A DNA stretch of 64,000 bases from Scyliorhinus canicula (Eukaryota), in contig NC_052147.1 of the NCBI RefSeq assembly GCF_902713615.1, forward strand, positions 166,636,410 to 166,700,409. Reading direction: 5' to 3'. Of this stretch, positions 9,506 through 22,117 are shown piece after piece. The translations under genes were made by a program, and so were the position numbers. Within the stretch, counting starts at the first letter, position 1. Each line of letters starts with the position of its first letter. The notes beneath the pieces are model-generated. The model did no database searches, was not told the DNA's origin, and worked only from the letters and a program-made list of their open reading frames with translations.

Positions 9506-11539
9506 GTGAACGCCCACTGTAAAACCCCCGTATGGCATAGAATAAAAAATTTTAAAACCTGGTCTAATCAGAATGACTGGTGAGTTCAAGAATTGCAAGA
9601 TCCCTGAGTAATGCAGAGAAATAAAATTGCTCAGGTCACAAGATGGGTGAGCAAAACTATAAAATTTGCAAGGCCCTGTGTGATGTGAAGAATACTGGAA
9701 AGTTCATGAGATGGTGAGGAACAATTACAAAAAATAACATGTGCTTACATTAAAGAATAGCTGGCAGTCCCACAGCTCAGCGTATCAATAGAGAAGCTGG
9801 AAGTCAGCTGGAAGTTACAAAAACATGCAAATATCAGCAAGCTTTGTTTTATTAAAAATAAAGATTTATACATTTAACAGCTTAAAAATAACAAAGTGGC
9901 TGATTGTCTGGCAGACCATCAAAATCACAAGGCACGGGGTGTTCACAGAGGAAAGAAACACCTACGATGGTATAGGAACATTTTCACTGACTGAATATTG
10001 AGCTGGCTTTACCTAATTGAGGATCAGCTGGCAAAACAACCCGCGGAGACAGCAACTCTGGTTAAGACGGCTTTACGTTCCAAGCTTGGTCAACATATGA
10101 GCCAGAGCGATTTGCATAAGCACTAAAACCACTCTGCTTTACAATGCTTTAAGTTCAAAAGTTATATAATTTACAGAATCAGTAGCCCTGCCTCAGCTGG
10201 ACTCGGTCCAATCCTTGTAGCTGTAGATTTTACCCTGACCAATGAATTTTACTTTGGGCAGCATGGTAACTTTGCGATCAGCTCATGGTGTAGTCATGTC
10301 TATCCACTGGCCATCTGTTGTTTTCCAAGACTCTCGCATCTGCTGTCTTTTGCTCTCCCTCACTCCTATTTCTTCTCACCATAGTGTGGTCCCAAGCTGA
10401 AACATTGCCTGCCTGAGTACGGGATGTCTAGGGTTGTTGATAAGAACTGCTTCCTCTGCTGACCATATCTTTTCTGTTTGATTCTGTCTTTCTTAGGAAT
10501 GTGGTCAAGTTAGCTAGCTTAAATCACATCATAAATTGGAGCCACTACTATTAGCAAGGGTTTAAATGCTTGTTACTACTATGTTCTAAGAATACATCTT
10601 TAATAGTTAATAATGATTACTGTATATATTTTCTGTGAGTAGTTTCAGTCCTCAATAAACTAACTTATGTCGAGCGATTGTAGTGTTATCCTAGCTATCC
10701 GCATTTAAGTGTCTCATTTCAGGACCCCACCCCTCCTTTCAAGGGATAAAAGAAAAATCAGGAGGAATACCCCAGGGCACAAATGCGCCCACCTGGAATA
10801 TCTAAAGCTTTCAAAAGCAAACAGGCATCTCTGCTCCGACAATCCCTTTGAATTGTAACCTTCATGAATCACTACACACCTTTCTGCACTAAACTTCATC
10901 TGCCACATGCCTGCACATTCCACCAGCCTGTCTGAAGTAATTTGAAGTTCAATACTATCCTTTTAACTGTTCACAATATTCCTAAGTCTTGTGTCGCTGC
11001 TAATTTTCAAATTGCAATCTGTACATCAACATCTCAGTCAGGAAAGCAATGCGGGAACATTAACCACCAGAGAACCTCACCATATAAACCATGGCCCAAT
11101 GTGACAAAGAGCACTCAGTTTCCCATCATACAACCACTTTGTCTCCATCCTACCTTTGCCCATTTCAGTTCATGGTCTTTGAATTTGCTGACAAGTCTGA
11201 TTTGTGATACTTGATCACTGAAACGAATGAACAAAAGAAAACACAATTAGAGGTGGAATCTTTAAGTACAAAAATTGTAGTTGATTGTAGTGATCTAACA
11301 GATATGTTTCTAAGTGTGGTAACGAGTGAGAATTGCTGCTGTTTCCCGACGGCTGAGATGGTGAGACCGCCACCAGTATCTACCGCCAATTAGGGCCAGT
11401 AATGACTCCCCACGGGCTTCACGCGGAAATGGCCGACCCACCAGCTGATTCATCTGGACCATGCCCGGCAGCTCCCTTCTAACGAGGGAGAGCTGCTCTT
11501 AAACCGATCCCGCAGAGCAAACCCCAGTCAACTCGAAGC

Positions 11540-11773
11540 ATGCCACTGCGCAGACTCGCTCCCTGATACGGAGATGCTAACCTGGCCAGACTGTTGGACA
11601 CGGTGGAGTCCAGACTGAATACCCTGTACCGCCAAGGAGGTCGGAGTGTCAGCCACAGAGCAACCAGTACCGCCTAGGAGGCAGTGGCAGCGGCCATCAG
11701 CACGAGGAATGTCATGAGAAAGACCGCCACACAATATCTCAAGAAGGTCAACAATGTCCACTGGGCTGCACAG
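11540..11773 (+). pseudogene. Harbinger Myb/SANT-like DNA-binding protein, exon 1 (2 in-frame stops)
   Basis: MPLRRLAP*YGDANLARLLDTVESRLNTLY...TSTA*EAVAAAISTRNVMRKTATQYLKKVNNVHWAAQ then donor GTGAG. Resumes after a mutated acceptor at ~11987 (EMLVHNRWESAQ). Confidence 0.75.
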
Positions 11774-13024
11774 GTGAGTTACCATCAGCCCCCTGGACAC
11801 AGTGGGCTATGCAGATCCCCACCCCCCGTCCCTCCCGTCCCCAGATATCCCTGCATTTGGCATTGTATCACACCTAGCACAATACTGCTCATACCCCACC
11901 CATTTCCAGCAGAGGTGCCCACGCCTGACCTCGGATCCTGTGATGCATTAAGCATGCAGTCACAATGCCCTCTCTTTGTCCTTGCAAGAGATGTTAGTCC
12001 ATAACAGGTGGGAAAGTGCCCAGATGTAGCCCAGTCTCAGAGGGGCATAATTTAGCGTGTCAACACCATGGTGCAGACAAAGGGGATCTGCCCGGGCTGG
12101 CAGATCCAGTTGATGCAGGGGCCTCTAGACCGCACTGCAGCCCTCCTTCCAATCAAAGGTGACCCCCAAGGCCCTATGGGCACCGATCTGGAGGAATGAG
12201 CACTGAAGGCCAACCTTGAGCATCACTGTAGGGAAACAATGGCAGTCACCAGCTCTCCCAAGTCCCCTCCTCCTGACAATGTCCCATCTCCGGGTGAGAG
12301 GATGGAACAGAGTGGCACGGTGAGACATGTGCCTCTGGCATGTCGGACAGGGTCCTCCGCCCCCAGGTCCTCCAGAGGATGCCTGCCATGGGGTATTAAA
12401 GGACACAGGGTGCGGGAGGCAGCAGGCTGCCTCCACTTTTGATAGTGCATCCTAAGGACACCACTGGACACAGAGGGCTAAGCAGATCCAGGACCATTGA
12501 GAGGCCACAGAGGTTGGGGATGGGTGGCACCATCTTTACGTATGAACGGCTGGGATCACTATTGTACAACATTAAAACATTTTACACTCGATACATGTCA
12601 AGCCTCTGTCATGTTATTCTGCACTGCGGACCATCCTGCACCCTCCTCCCCCAGTTGCCCTCCGACCTCCCCCAGATCCAGCCCCTTGGACACTGTAGCC
12701 CTAGACCTGGTCCCTACCTCCCCGAGGCATACAACGTGGAGATGATGGGTGCAAGAGCACTGTCAGCAAAGAAACTGGAGTTAAACCATGTCATTGATTG
12801 AGGAGCACCAGAGTCAGCTCACAGCGGGTTATCATCACGCTCCTGCCTTGTGTATTGACCTGCTGAAAGTGCCAACACAGGCCCATCACCCTGAGGTGAT
12901 GATACACATATCCAGGGATGGTGGAGGGCATGTTTAGGGAGGAGCAGATTGGGTGGAGTGAGGGGGAGTGACGGTGTGCGGGAGATGTTGGGTGAGAAGG
13001 GGAGAGGGGTTGACCTGTCACGTC

Positions 13025-14217
13025 CTATGAGAAGCGGGCAAGGAAGAGGGCCTCCCTTATCCTCGGGGCATTCCGGTACCGTGCAGCCGCCTGTCCTCCA
13101 TCCTCCGGCTGCTCCGGGCCCAGCTTCCAGCCCTTCCTCGTCCTGCTTCTCCTCATCCTCCTCCTCAGCCAAGCCTGCATGTTCCCCCTCCTCCACCTCC
13201 AGCATGTCACCGCTCTGCTCTGCCAGGTTGTGGAGGGAACAGCAGACCACCACAAAGCCGGAGGAGCTCTGGGGCAGTACGGCAGTGCACCACCAGAGAA
13301 GTCGAGTCATCAGAACTGTATTTTCAGCAGTCTGATACACCACTCAATGACAACCTGGGTGGCCACATGGGCCTTAGTTATATTGGGTCTCATCATTGGT
13401 CCCTGACATCCACCCTGGCATCATTAGCCAGGACATCTTTGGGTACCCTTATCCCCCAAGAGCCAACCGGTAACCCTGGGGTGTGCATCGAAGATGCCAG
13501 GAATCTCCAACTGCCCCAGGATGTAGTTGTTCTGCACACCCCTGGGGCAGCGTGCACACACGTGCATGATCTTGAGGTGGTGGTCACACACAAGTTGAAC
13601 ACTGAGGGAGTGGAACCTCTTTCTGTTAATGAAGGGTGCTCCTGGGCTGCCAGGTGCATGCAAGGTGACATGCATGACATCCATTTCACCCTTGACCTGG
13701 GGCATCCCAGTCGTGGCAGGGAATCCTATTTCCTGGGCATCATGATGGGCTTGGTCCAGGTCAAAGTTTATATAGTCAGCCGCCCGTGATTTCACAGATA
13801 CACTTGCGGGTTGTAGGTTGGGAAATGCCACACAAGTCCCTGCTTGTGCGATGCAAAGAAAATAGGGATAAGGTTACCATCACAGCCACCGAGATAAGGT
13901 ACCTGCCTCCTCCATGTGGTGCCAGATCTACAAGGACAAGGCACAGGTGCCGTATCGTCCCATAATTGAGGCTCCTGTGGCACATGCTGTCTGACATCTC
14001 TTCAAATGACCAGCAATGCCTGTGCACCTTGCACCACTACCAGCCTCCCCTTTGGGTCTCTCCATGGCCTGAAGGGCGACCAGGTCCTCAGGGTGTACAT
14101 GGGCTGCCCACGCGAGTCTCTGTTGCCGCTGCCGCTCCATTTTCTCAGTCGCCTGGTCACCTTGACTGCCACCGCCAATGCGAGGCCAGCTGCTATGAGG
14201 CCCACAATATCATCCGT
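13025..14217 (-). pseudogene. Harbinger (HARBI1-like) DDE transposase, frameshifted
   Basis: Motifs across frames: DLCGISQPT, GMPQVKGEMDVMHV, FINRKRFHSLSVQLVCD, WLLGDKG, AHVATQVVIE, VVVCCSLHNLA. Confidence 0.9.
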
Positions 14218-15684
14218 AATGTGATATCTGTGAAGAATTGGAGAGGGTGAGGGACCGACAATCAGTTATGGTTTCCAACCCAGGATCCTTGAGTCCACCA
14301 AGCCTCCCCAACCCATACATTGCTTGCCATCTCTCAGGGTGTCATCCAACAAGTCGGTTGTGGTGACGGACCCTGCCCTCCACATGAACCCCCAGCCAGA
14401 GCAGTGGCTGATGGGCACCGGAGCCAGAACCTGGGCCCCAGACCCTGACCTGTGCATTACTTGAACCGGGTGCAGGTTCCCTCTCCTCACTCCAACCCTC
14501 TGGGTGCAGGGGTGACACCAGTGCTGAGGCCCAGCTCTTGGGTCTTTGATTGTTGGCTGCTGCCTCTGAGATGTTGTAGCCTCTAGTGTTCAGGCAGAGT
14601 GTCCAGGGCCTCTCAATCTGATTGGGATGCTAGGCAGTAAACCTTACCACAGCGACATGGCATGTCTACTCACGGTAATCCAATTGGGAGCTTTGAAGTG
14701 CTCACATAACTAATATTTCCAATCTCCTATTAGCAATAGCCTTCAGCTGCATGGCTGTAGGCCGCCGCTGCCACAGAGAGGTAAGGTAACCTGCATCATA
14801 TACCACAGACAGGGCTCTGTCCTGGGTTGTTCCCGTTGAATGGACAACTGAGGTTGCACCTATTATCAGTATACATGACCTAGGGTGGGGGACGGCATTT
14901 TGGACATGAGGGGGCTGAGACCCTGATCGCACAACCCAGGGGTAACCCCTTTAAAATGGCTGCTGACCCTCCCCCCCAATTGGGCCCATTTCCCTCTGGG
15001 GGTCCCCCACCCGACCTGAGCAGTGGGGCAGCCAGCCCCGTTGCCCCGGACTGATTGCCCGATTTCCACAATAGCGATTCACCTCCTCTGATCCCCACGT
15101 CGCCATTGGAGTAGCTTCACATTGCTAAATAGGAGTGCGAAAGGGCGCCCGCATGACCACTGACTGGGAAGCCGGTTAGATTATGGGATGCCGTTTGATA
15201 GGAATTCCTTCCCGTTAATGAGATGGAGATTGGCCAGAATTGGTGATTATTGGTTTCTCGCCATGTTGCACCGGGATCCCGATCTCGCCAATGAGAGCGG
15301 ATCAGTTTGATTGGAAACGGATCGGCTTCTAGCGTGGTTCCGATTTTGACGTATCCTGTCTTCCAACCGCCTTGCGCGAATTCACAGCCAGCGAGACACA
15401 TCCACTGGATTGTGCCTGATGCGTCTGCAGCATGACCTACAAAACATTTCCATATTTATTGATGTATCACGATGAAGTGTATCATGTTTTAATTAGTTTG
15501 AACAGCGCAACAAATGCATTTATGTAGATACTGTTCCTGGAAACAGCTATATCGATCTGCAAAGAGATTGCTGGAGCTTTTTTTTTTACTCTTTTGGTTA
15601 ATTTAGGAAGGGGCTAGCTGGCCATACCTTGGAAACAATTGAAACTGTTTGACAACAGGTAGAATGTAGAAAGGACAATGGAAT

Positions 15685-15917
15685 CTCCCTCTTTGTTTTT
15701 ACACGACAAATAAAATGAAGTGAAAGCAAAGTGAAGTGAATCAGTGACATGTCAAGCAACATGTCAAGTGACGTGTTTTGTTCTCTTTTTGCTGATGTTC
15801 AGCATCAAATCATATGAATAACAAAGGGGCAGAGTAGAGAGATCATTCTGTACAGCATATATATACCACCCTGTACAGCTAAGTTAAAGCAGTTACTCAT
15901 CTAACTGTGAGCTCAAA
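15685..15917 (+). promoter_or_regulatory. Proximal promoter/5'UTR of B1
   Basis: TGCTGA-TGT-TCAGCA 15790-15804, AACAAAG, TATATATA 15858-15865; homologous to the A promoter. Confidence 0.75.
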
Positions 15918-18900
15918 ATGACAAAGGCAAGAATCAGTCTGATTTTCTACAGGATGTGAGAGTTTGTGATTACTATCGCTTGATTTTCAAGTTTATTAAT
16001 TTATGTTATCGTCTCTTTCCACAGATTATCTTTTACGAGGACAGGAACTTCCAGGGTCGGCACTATGAGTGCAGTAATGACTGTGCTGACCTGTCCCCTT
16101 ACTTCAGCCGCTGTAACTCCATGCGTGTCATGAGTGACTGGTGGGTGATGTATGAGAGACCCAATTACATGGGATACCAGTATGTTCTGAGCAGGGGAGA
16201 GTATCCTGACTACCAGCGCTGGATGGGATTCAATGACAGCATCGGGTCATGTCGCACCTACCCATATGTAAGTTTGTTGCTTCCATATTCTGCTCAGATG
16301 GAGGTTGAGAAAATGTTCATGGACCAAAGTACCTAAGTTTGGGGAGTTATCCTGATTTTCATTCTTGCAATTTTCACTGACAGAATAGATCGACTGTTGA
16401 GTAATTAAAGGTGTAAATCTGTATTAGATAAATTGGAACTTACTGTTCTTGAAATTAGGTCAAGGTATTTGTCAGGCAGTGCTGGTGTCCATCTAAATCA
16501 GGGTTATATTACTTAAAATGCAAATGAGTGGCCAAAGAACTGGCTTTAGATGCCACTGTGTCTTCTGCCAATATAATTTGGACAATTGATGTCCATCTGC
16601 GTGTGTGCAGAAATCCAATGACTCGCACATATCGGTTTACCCAGCGCACCACCAACTCATTTTGCTTTCTATCTTAGTTATTGCAATGTGCTTTCAGTTT
16701 GTGAATCTCATGGATCACACATATCACTTAGTCAGCAGGTTGCTGGGAAGATCTAGTTTACAAGCATTTTATTAAGCATTTGGATGAAGTATTGCAGTGT
16801 TTTCCAAGGAGTGGCAGGGACACCCTGAATCGTTACTGAATGTTGCTGTTTCAACCCAGTTTAATATTTTCTGTCATCTGTCAATTTATGTGAACATATG
16901 TTACTGAATATTCAGTGATCCCAAAGATTCGGTAAAGGCAGGAAAGAAAACTGTTCCAACGAGCTGACCAATTCTCGTGGGTTAGCGAAGGGGCTGAATT
17001 GTACCTTTACTACACTGCATGTCCTGTCACATTCTCAAATCTCTCCAGTTTCAGTAGGATCAATGAATTCATGACAGAGCAGAACTAAGTATGATTTTGT
17101 GGGGTACAAACAACCACTTTATTTTTATATGCAGGGACATAGTACTTGAAAGTAAATAAGCTGGGTTAATGTTGCACATTGCCCCCTGTAAAGAAGGCAG
17201 CAACACATATAACTGCACATACATGGCATTGGAATCTAACATAGCCTGCAGGTGCTCTCAGAGAAGTTTGATTATGATGAATTATTACAAGGTTGTAGTT
17301 CCTTAAGCAGCGACTGCTCAGGGGTTTTTATGCAAAGTCTTTCTGTTGTTCTCAGGAAATTTGGGTACTTGTCTGACTTCACTGGCATTGTGATCACAGC
17401 CTCTCCAATCACTTCATACCCCCCATCCTCAGTGCCCATCCTAATCCAATCCTCGTGCCCCTGTAAACTGTCTCTGGAGGGTGTTCACATCAAGTGTTAA
17501 TGAGTGCTGATGCTGAATTTTGGACATTACATTGGCACGGGACTGCCTCTAGGATTGGGAACAAAAAAGGGACCTGATGAGTTTCTACCTCATAAACAGT
17601 TTCAGTTAAAGAACGAGATCTGACTGTGATTGGATAATTTTTGTTGTATAAATTTAGAGTACCAATTTCTTTTTCCAATTAAGGGGAAATTTAGTGTGGC
17701 CAATCTGCCTACCCTGCACATTTTTGGTTTGTGGGGGTGAGACCCATGCAGCCATGGGGAAAATATGCAAGCTCCACATGGACAGTGGTCGGGGGATTGA
17801 ACCCGGATCCTCAGCACCGTGAGATAGCAGTTATAACCACTTTCCTGCCGTGCTGTCCTAGGATAATTTGTTACAGAGAATTGATGGCACAGAAACAGAC
17901 CGTTCAGTACAACAATCTACTCAGTCATGTCTATGGCTTTGTCTTTGTGCACCACACGAATATTCTCCATCTCTCTATGTCAAACACTGTGAGCATACCC
18001 TTGTATTCCTTTTACCCTCCATGCTTTTACCTAGCTTCCTCCTTTATGCATGAACAGTATATTTACTGTTTTTGATAATACTTTGAGCATTACATTGACT
18101 AACTAAGTGCATCAACTCAATCTTCTGCACAACCCCACGAGAGTCAATTATATTAAATACACATTTGACTGAAAAGGAACTTATTGAATTGGATGTTCAG
18201 AATCTGGGTTGAGACTCAGAATCTGTTGGCTCTTACTCACTGATGTAATTGTTATTGTTACCTTGTGGACTGTTTTCTTGTTCCAAATTCTTTTGTCACA
18301 ATGTAAGATGCGATTTTTGTTGACTGATATTTCACCGTTTAAGTGTAATTGTAGCATTGAAACACTCTCAGCCATGCTTTACATTACATCTAAGGTACAT
18401 AAAAATGACATCAGTATAACAATATGAGTCCGACAAAATGGACATTGCTACACTCAAACCTTTCGAATCATTTTATTCTCTAGGTTATATTTTCCCCACA
18501 AACTCTTTGCCTTTGCCATAGACATAGCTAATCAAGCTAATATATTCTAGACCATCATAGACATTGCTGAGTGAATGGCTCTCAGTCCATCACTCCAAGA
18601 TCTGTGAAGTTATCCTTACCTTCGGCCCACTTACACAGTAATTAATGCTCAGCAGAAAGCTGTTCTAACGCCGGAGTGGTTTGCGCCCCGCCGGCCGGCG
18701 TGGAAGGCCTTTGGCGCCGCGCCAGCCGGGGCCAAAAGGACTCCACCGGCCGGCGCGTGTCCGCGCATGCACGGGAGTGTCAGCGGCTGCTGATGTCGTC
18801 CCCGTGCATGCGCAGGGGGGTTTCACCTTCGCGCCGGCCATCGCAGAGGCCTACACGGCCAGCGTGTAGGAAAAGAATGACCCCACAGCACAGGCCCGCC

Positions 18901-19977
18901 CACGGATCGGTGGGCCCCGATCGCGGGCCAGGCCACTGTGGGGGCAACCCCCGGGGCCAGATTGCCCTGTGCACTCTCCAAGGACCCCGGAACCCGCCCG
19001 CGCTGCCAGGTCCCGCCGGTAAAGGAACTAGTCCAATTTAAACTGGCGGGACCTGCATAGAACAAGCGGGACTTCGGCCCATCGCGGTTCGGAGAATCGC
19101 CGGGGGGGGGGGGGGGGCCGACTGGCGTGGCGTGGCTCCCGCCCCGCCAAGTCTGCGCTGCTAGAGAATTCAGCGGTGGCGGAATTCACCCGCCGGCGGG
19201 GGGTTGGAGAATCCCGCCAAATATCTTCAGTCAGAATTCTTCTTTTGCAGCTCCATGTTCTTCCCACTATCAATTGAAGTCTGCACATAAGACTCCAGCA
19301 CAACCAGCCTATAATTGTTCATATGAAAAATCAAAAACACAGTTACATGAATCAAATGAATGCAACACAAAGTTCAATAATTCTTTGGTTTAAAAGGACC
19401 AGAGAATATTAATCTGAAGCAAAAAAAATGTAACCCTTCATTTACTGATAAAACGAAACCTCCAGTCTGCATGAGCCTTACATTTATTGTGCCCAAAACC
19501 TCTGATTTAACTGCATACAATTATCCAAAAGTTGCAACTGAAAATCAGGTGAGGTTAGAGCCACAGGTCCTGTTCATGTTCCCTCAGCTTAATTATTATT
19601 GTTCATGAGATTGTGCCTCCTAACCAACCTGCTCCATTTTTACATACTACAAATCGGTACTTGATATTTTCAACACAAAAATCCTTTTATTTCTATGACA
19701 GTACCGAGGTGGAAACTACAGAATGAGGATTTACGAAAGGCCTGACTTTGGAGGACAGATGATGGAATTCATGGATGACTGTCCATCGGTCTATGATCGT
19801 TTCCGTTACCGTGACATCCACTCCTGCCATGTGATGGACGGTTACTGGAACTTCTATGAACATCCCAACTACAGAGGCCGACAGTACTTCATGAGACCCG
19901 GTGAATACAAGAGATACAGTGACTGGGGCGGCTACAACTCAACTATCGGATCTTTCAGACGCATGAGGGATTTCTAG
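15918..19977 (+). CDS. cryg: gamma-crystallin copy B1, 175 aa; exons 15918-15926, 16025-16267, 19702-19977
   Basis: MTK|[11 protein letters not shown]...TYPY|YRGGNY...RRMRDF*. Intron 1 GC-AG (98 nt), intron 2 GT-AG; AATAAA 20027-20032; no stops or frameshifts. Confidence 0.95.
17641..17858 (-). mobile_element. Poly(A)-tailed V-SINE-like element in B intron 2 (copy 44116-44338)
   Basis: TSD GGATAATTT (17632-17640, 17861-17869). Confidence 0.8.
18669..19218. mobile_element. GC-rich Harbinger-type MITE fragment in B intron 2 (copy at 45149-45704)
   Basis: Ends in GGAGAATCCCGCC, the same TIR family as above; left end truncated; CpG-rich with a poly-G run. Confidence 0.7.
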
Positions 19978-20144
19978 ATTGTTCCTGACAAATATGGTTT
20001 TGATTTTCTAACATATGTGTCAGCAGAATAAATATATTTAACTTAACTGCTTTTTCTCTCAATTGATTTGTGTTTGGAGTGTCGGGGAAATTGTCTGTCA
20101 TGTTCGAATATTGAATGGGATGGGTAAACAATACTTGAAACAAT

Positions 20145-20270
20145 GGGCTGGATTCTTCCGTCCCACCCGCCGCAAGAACGCCACGGGCGAGACGCGGACA
20201 ATGGAGAAGTCCGATGACCTCGGGCAGGAATCTCCGATCGCCAGGCGGGCATGGCTGGTGAATCCAACCC
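20145..20270. mobile_element. 126-bp Harbinger-type MITE 3' of B1
   Basis: TIR GGGCTGGATTC / GAATCCAACCC, TSD AAT. Confidence 0.85.
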
Positions 20271-20344
20271 AATAACTACACCATAGGCTCAAAATTAGTA
20301 ACGGAAAAGTTGGGGCATATATGGAATGGTCTTCATACTGTGTG

Positions 20345-20470
20345 GGTACCTATACTTCAGGAACTGCAGCGGTTCAAGAAGGCAACTCACTACCAGCTTC
20401 TGAAGGGCAATAGGATGGGCAATAAATGCTGGCCTGACCAGCAATGCCCACATCCCATAAATGAATTTTT
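20345..20470 (+). mobile_element. LINE/SINE 3' tail fragment (copy ~46665-46780)
   Basis: ACTGCAGCGGTTCAAGAAGGCA.CTCAC...GGATGGGCAATAAATGCTGGCCT...CCCACATCCCAT.AATGAAT. Confidence 0.6.
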
Positions 20471-20796
20471 AAAAATTTATACACCCTGTCTCACTTTCCA
20501 TTCCTGAAAATCCCTCACAAATTGTGCCCATAACCTTGACCATTCGATAATCAACTTTTGTGATCATGAAAATATACCTCACTAAGGAATAGGCCTGTAT
20601 TATCTAAATGGGAGTAGAAGTTCCATTCCTCATAATCTCTGAATCTGAAGCATGGAAGCCAAATGTAGCAATACATCATTTAAATTCAGTTCCGTGTTTT
20701 CATTTAATCACACTGTTAGGACAGAAAGAATGAAAGTTTCAACCTTTCCATGAGCACTGCAGACACCTCCAAAATGCAGCACTCATTCAGTACTGC

Positions 20797-21552
20797 TGTA
20801 GCCATCAAAGATAGCCACCTGCAAAGGACCATGGGAATTATGGCCAACCTAGGACTCAGACAGATGCAGAGCCTATGTGTATCTGAAACACAGGTAACCA
20901 GACCTGATCGAAACCCCCGCTCATTTGCATTTGAATGGGCCATTTTCCCAGGACAATAGAACTCCAATCAATCAACCGGTACAGCCACAGACTGATTGGC
21001 GCCACTCCCTTTACTCAGAAAGCCCACTGCCAAGGTCAATAACTGCTAAGGACCCGCCCAGCCACCAAGGCACCAGCCTCTTTATTTGCCGAAATCGAAG
21101 ACAGTGATCAAAGCCCTGTCGAACTACTGGGTCCAAGGTTAAGGACTGCCCCAGAGAGGGTGAAATCCCAGAGGGATTAAAGAGAGCACAGCCATGTGTT
21201 CTGTCTCCTTTGGATCTGGCCTGTGCCAACCCAATCGTAGCAGGAACAGCCAGCCAAGTTCAAGACCAACGATTGCTACCTGACGGATGAGCCCAGCAGA
21301 GACAGAGCCACTTTCTTTGAATCAGCCAGATAACGGCCTTATCCATTTGCACAGTGCCGGTTGCCCTGAAGTTAAGTATAGGTTATTGTAGCTGATAGGT
21401 GTAGTTTAACTCATAGTAGATATAGTGTTTGCATTTTGAGATAACTCTTGTGTATAGAAATAAACCATCTTTTGAACCAAAACTGGTTTTGTGGTCATTT
21501 GATCTATATAAGGGAAGGCTTGTGGTTCACCAACATTATTACTAGAGCAATA
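20797..21552 (+). mobile_element. Solo LTR family 2 (756 bp) inserted in a DeuSINE/SacSINE1-like relic
   Basis: TGTAGC...GCAATA termini, TSD CTGC; splits the host GCAGCACTCATTCAGTACTGC|ACTGGATATCAGCCTGGATT. Confidence 0.8.
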
Positions 21553-21911
21553 CTGCACTGGATATCAGCCTGGATTGTTGCGTTTGAGTCTTAGACCTCA
21601 TGACCTCCGGCCCAGAGATGAGACTGTAATGCCTGAGCCAGCACTCTATATTTGAATTCTCTTGTTAAAGGTTTGATTAAATCTGCCTCCAGCCCTATTT
21701 CAGGTAGTGTGTTCCAGATCATGACATTCTTCTGCCTGAGAAACAATTCTGCTGGTCTCCCCCTGAATTCTTTTATTTTAAATCTGTGTCCGCTGATTAC
21801 CCAACCTCTCTGCCTGAAACCAATTAATCCTTATTCACTCAACCCAAAGGCTTCATGGTTTTCAGTTTCTTTATTAAAATCTCCCCTGAATCTTTCCTGC
21901 TCTAAGAAGAG

Positions 21912-22074
21912 CCAATCCATCTAATCTGTACATCTTTGGGTTGTGGGGGCGAAACCCACGCAGACACGGGGAGAATGTGCAAACTCCACATGGACAGTAA
22001 CTCAGGGCTGGGATTCGAACCCAGGTCCTCAGCACCACAGTCCCAGTGCTATACACTGCGCCACCGTGCTTCCC
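21912..22074 (-). mobile_element. V-SINE-like SINE fragment
   Basis: tRNA head and V domain on -. The unit-2 copy is split by solo LTR family 3. Confidence 0.75.
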
Positions 22075-22117
22075 TGGTTGTCATTGTTTTAATAAGTTAC
22101 CATTCGGAAATGCTTCT

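Larger units (their letters stand above)
11286..15417. mobile_element. PIF/Harbinger DNA transposon, autonomous-type, decayed
   Basis: Degenerate TIRs (TGTAGTGATCTA... / ...GGATTGTGCCT) flanked by 3-bp TSD GAT (11283-11285, 15418-15420). Carries convergent Myb/SANT-like (+) and DDE transposase (-) pseudogenes. Confidence 0.85.

Noticed and set aside
11540-14217. Host genes HARBI1 and NAIF1/MSANTD
   Set aside because: Stops, frameshifts and lost catalytic residues, enclosed by TIRs and a TSD: a transposon relic, not domesticated genes.
15941-15961. Possible 3-nt microexon in B intron 1 (TTTTCTACAG|GAT|GTGAGA)
   Set aside because: The upstream intron would be only ~26 nt, too short for spliceosome assembly, and the site is absent in A genes.
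15956-16336. ORF-track proteins with an extended N-terminus (MRVCDYY...; also 42431-42883) and single-exon crystallin ORFs starting at M36 or M92
   Set aside because: They read through intron sequence from GTG/TTG or internal ATGs. The spliced model with the 9-nt exon 1 fits the Kozak context, TATA spacing and family gene structure.
18669-19218. CpG island or internal promoter in B intron 2, with several overlapping GC-rich ORFs
   Set aside because: Ends in the MITE TIR GGAGAATCCCGCC; the ORFs have no recognisable domains and arise from GC richness.
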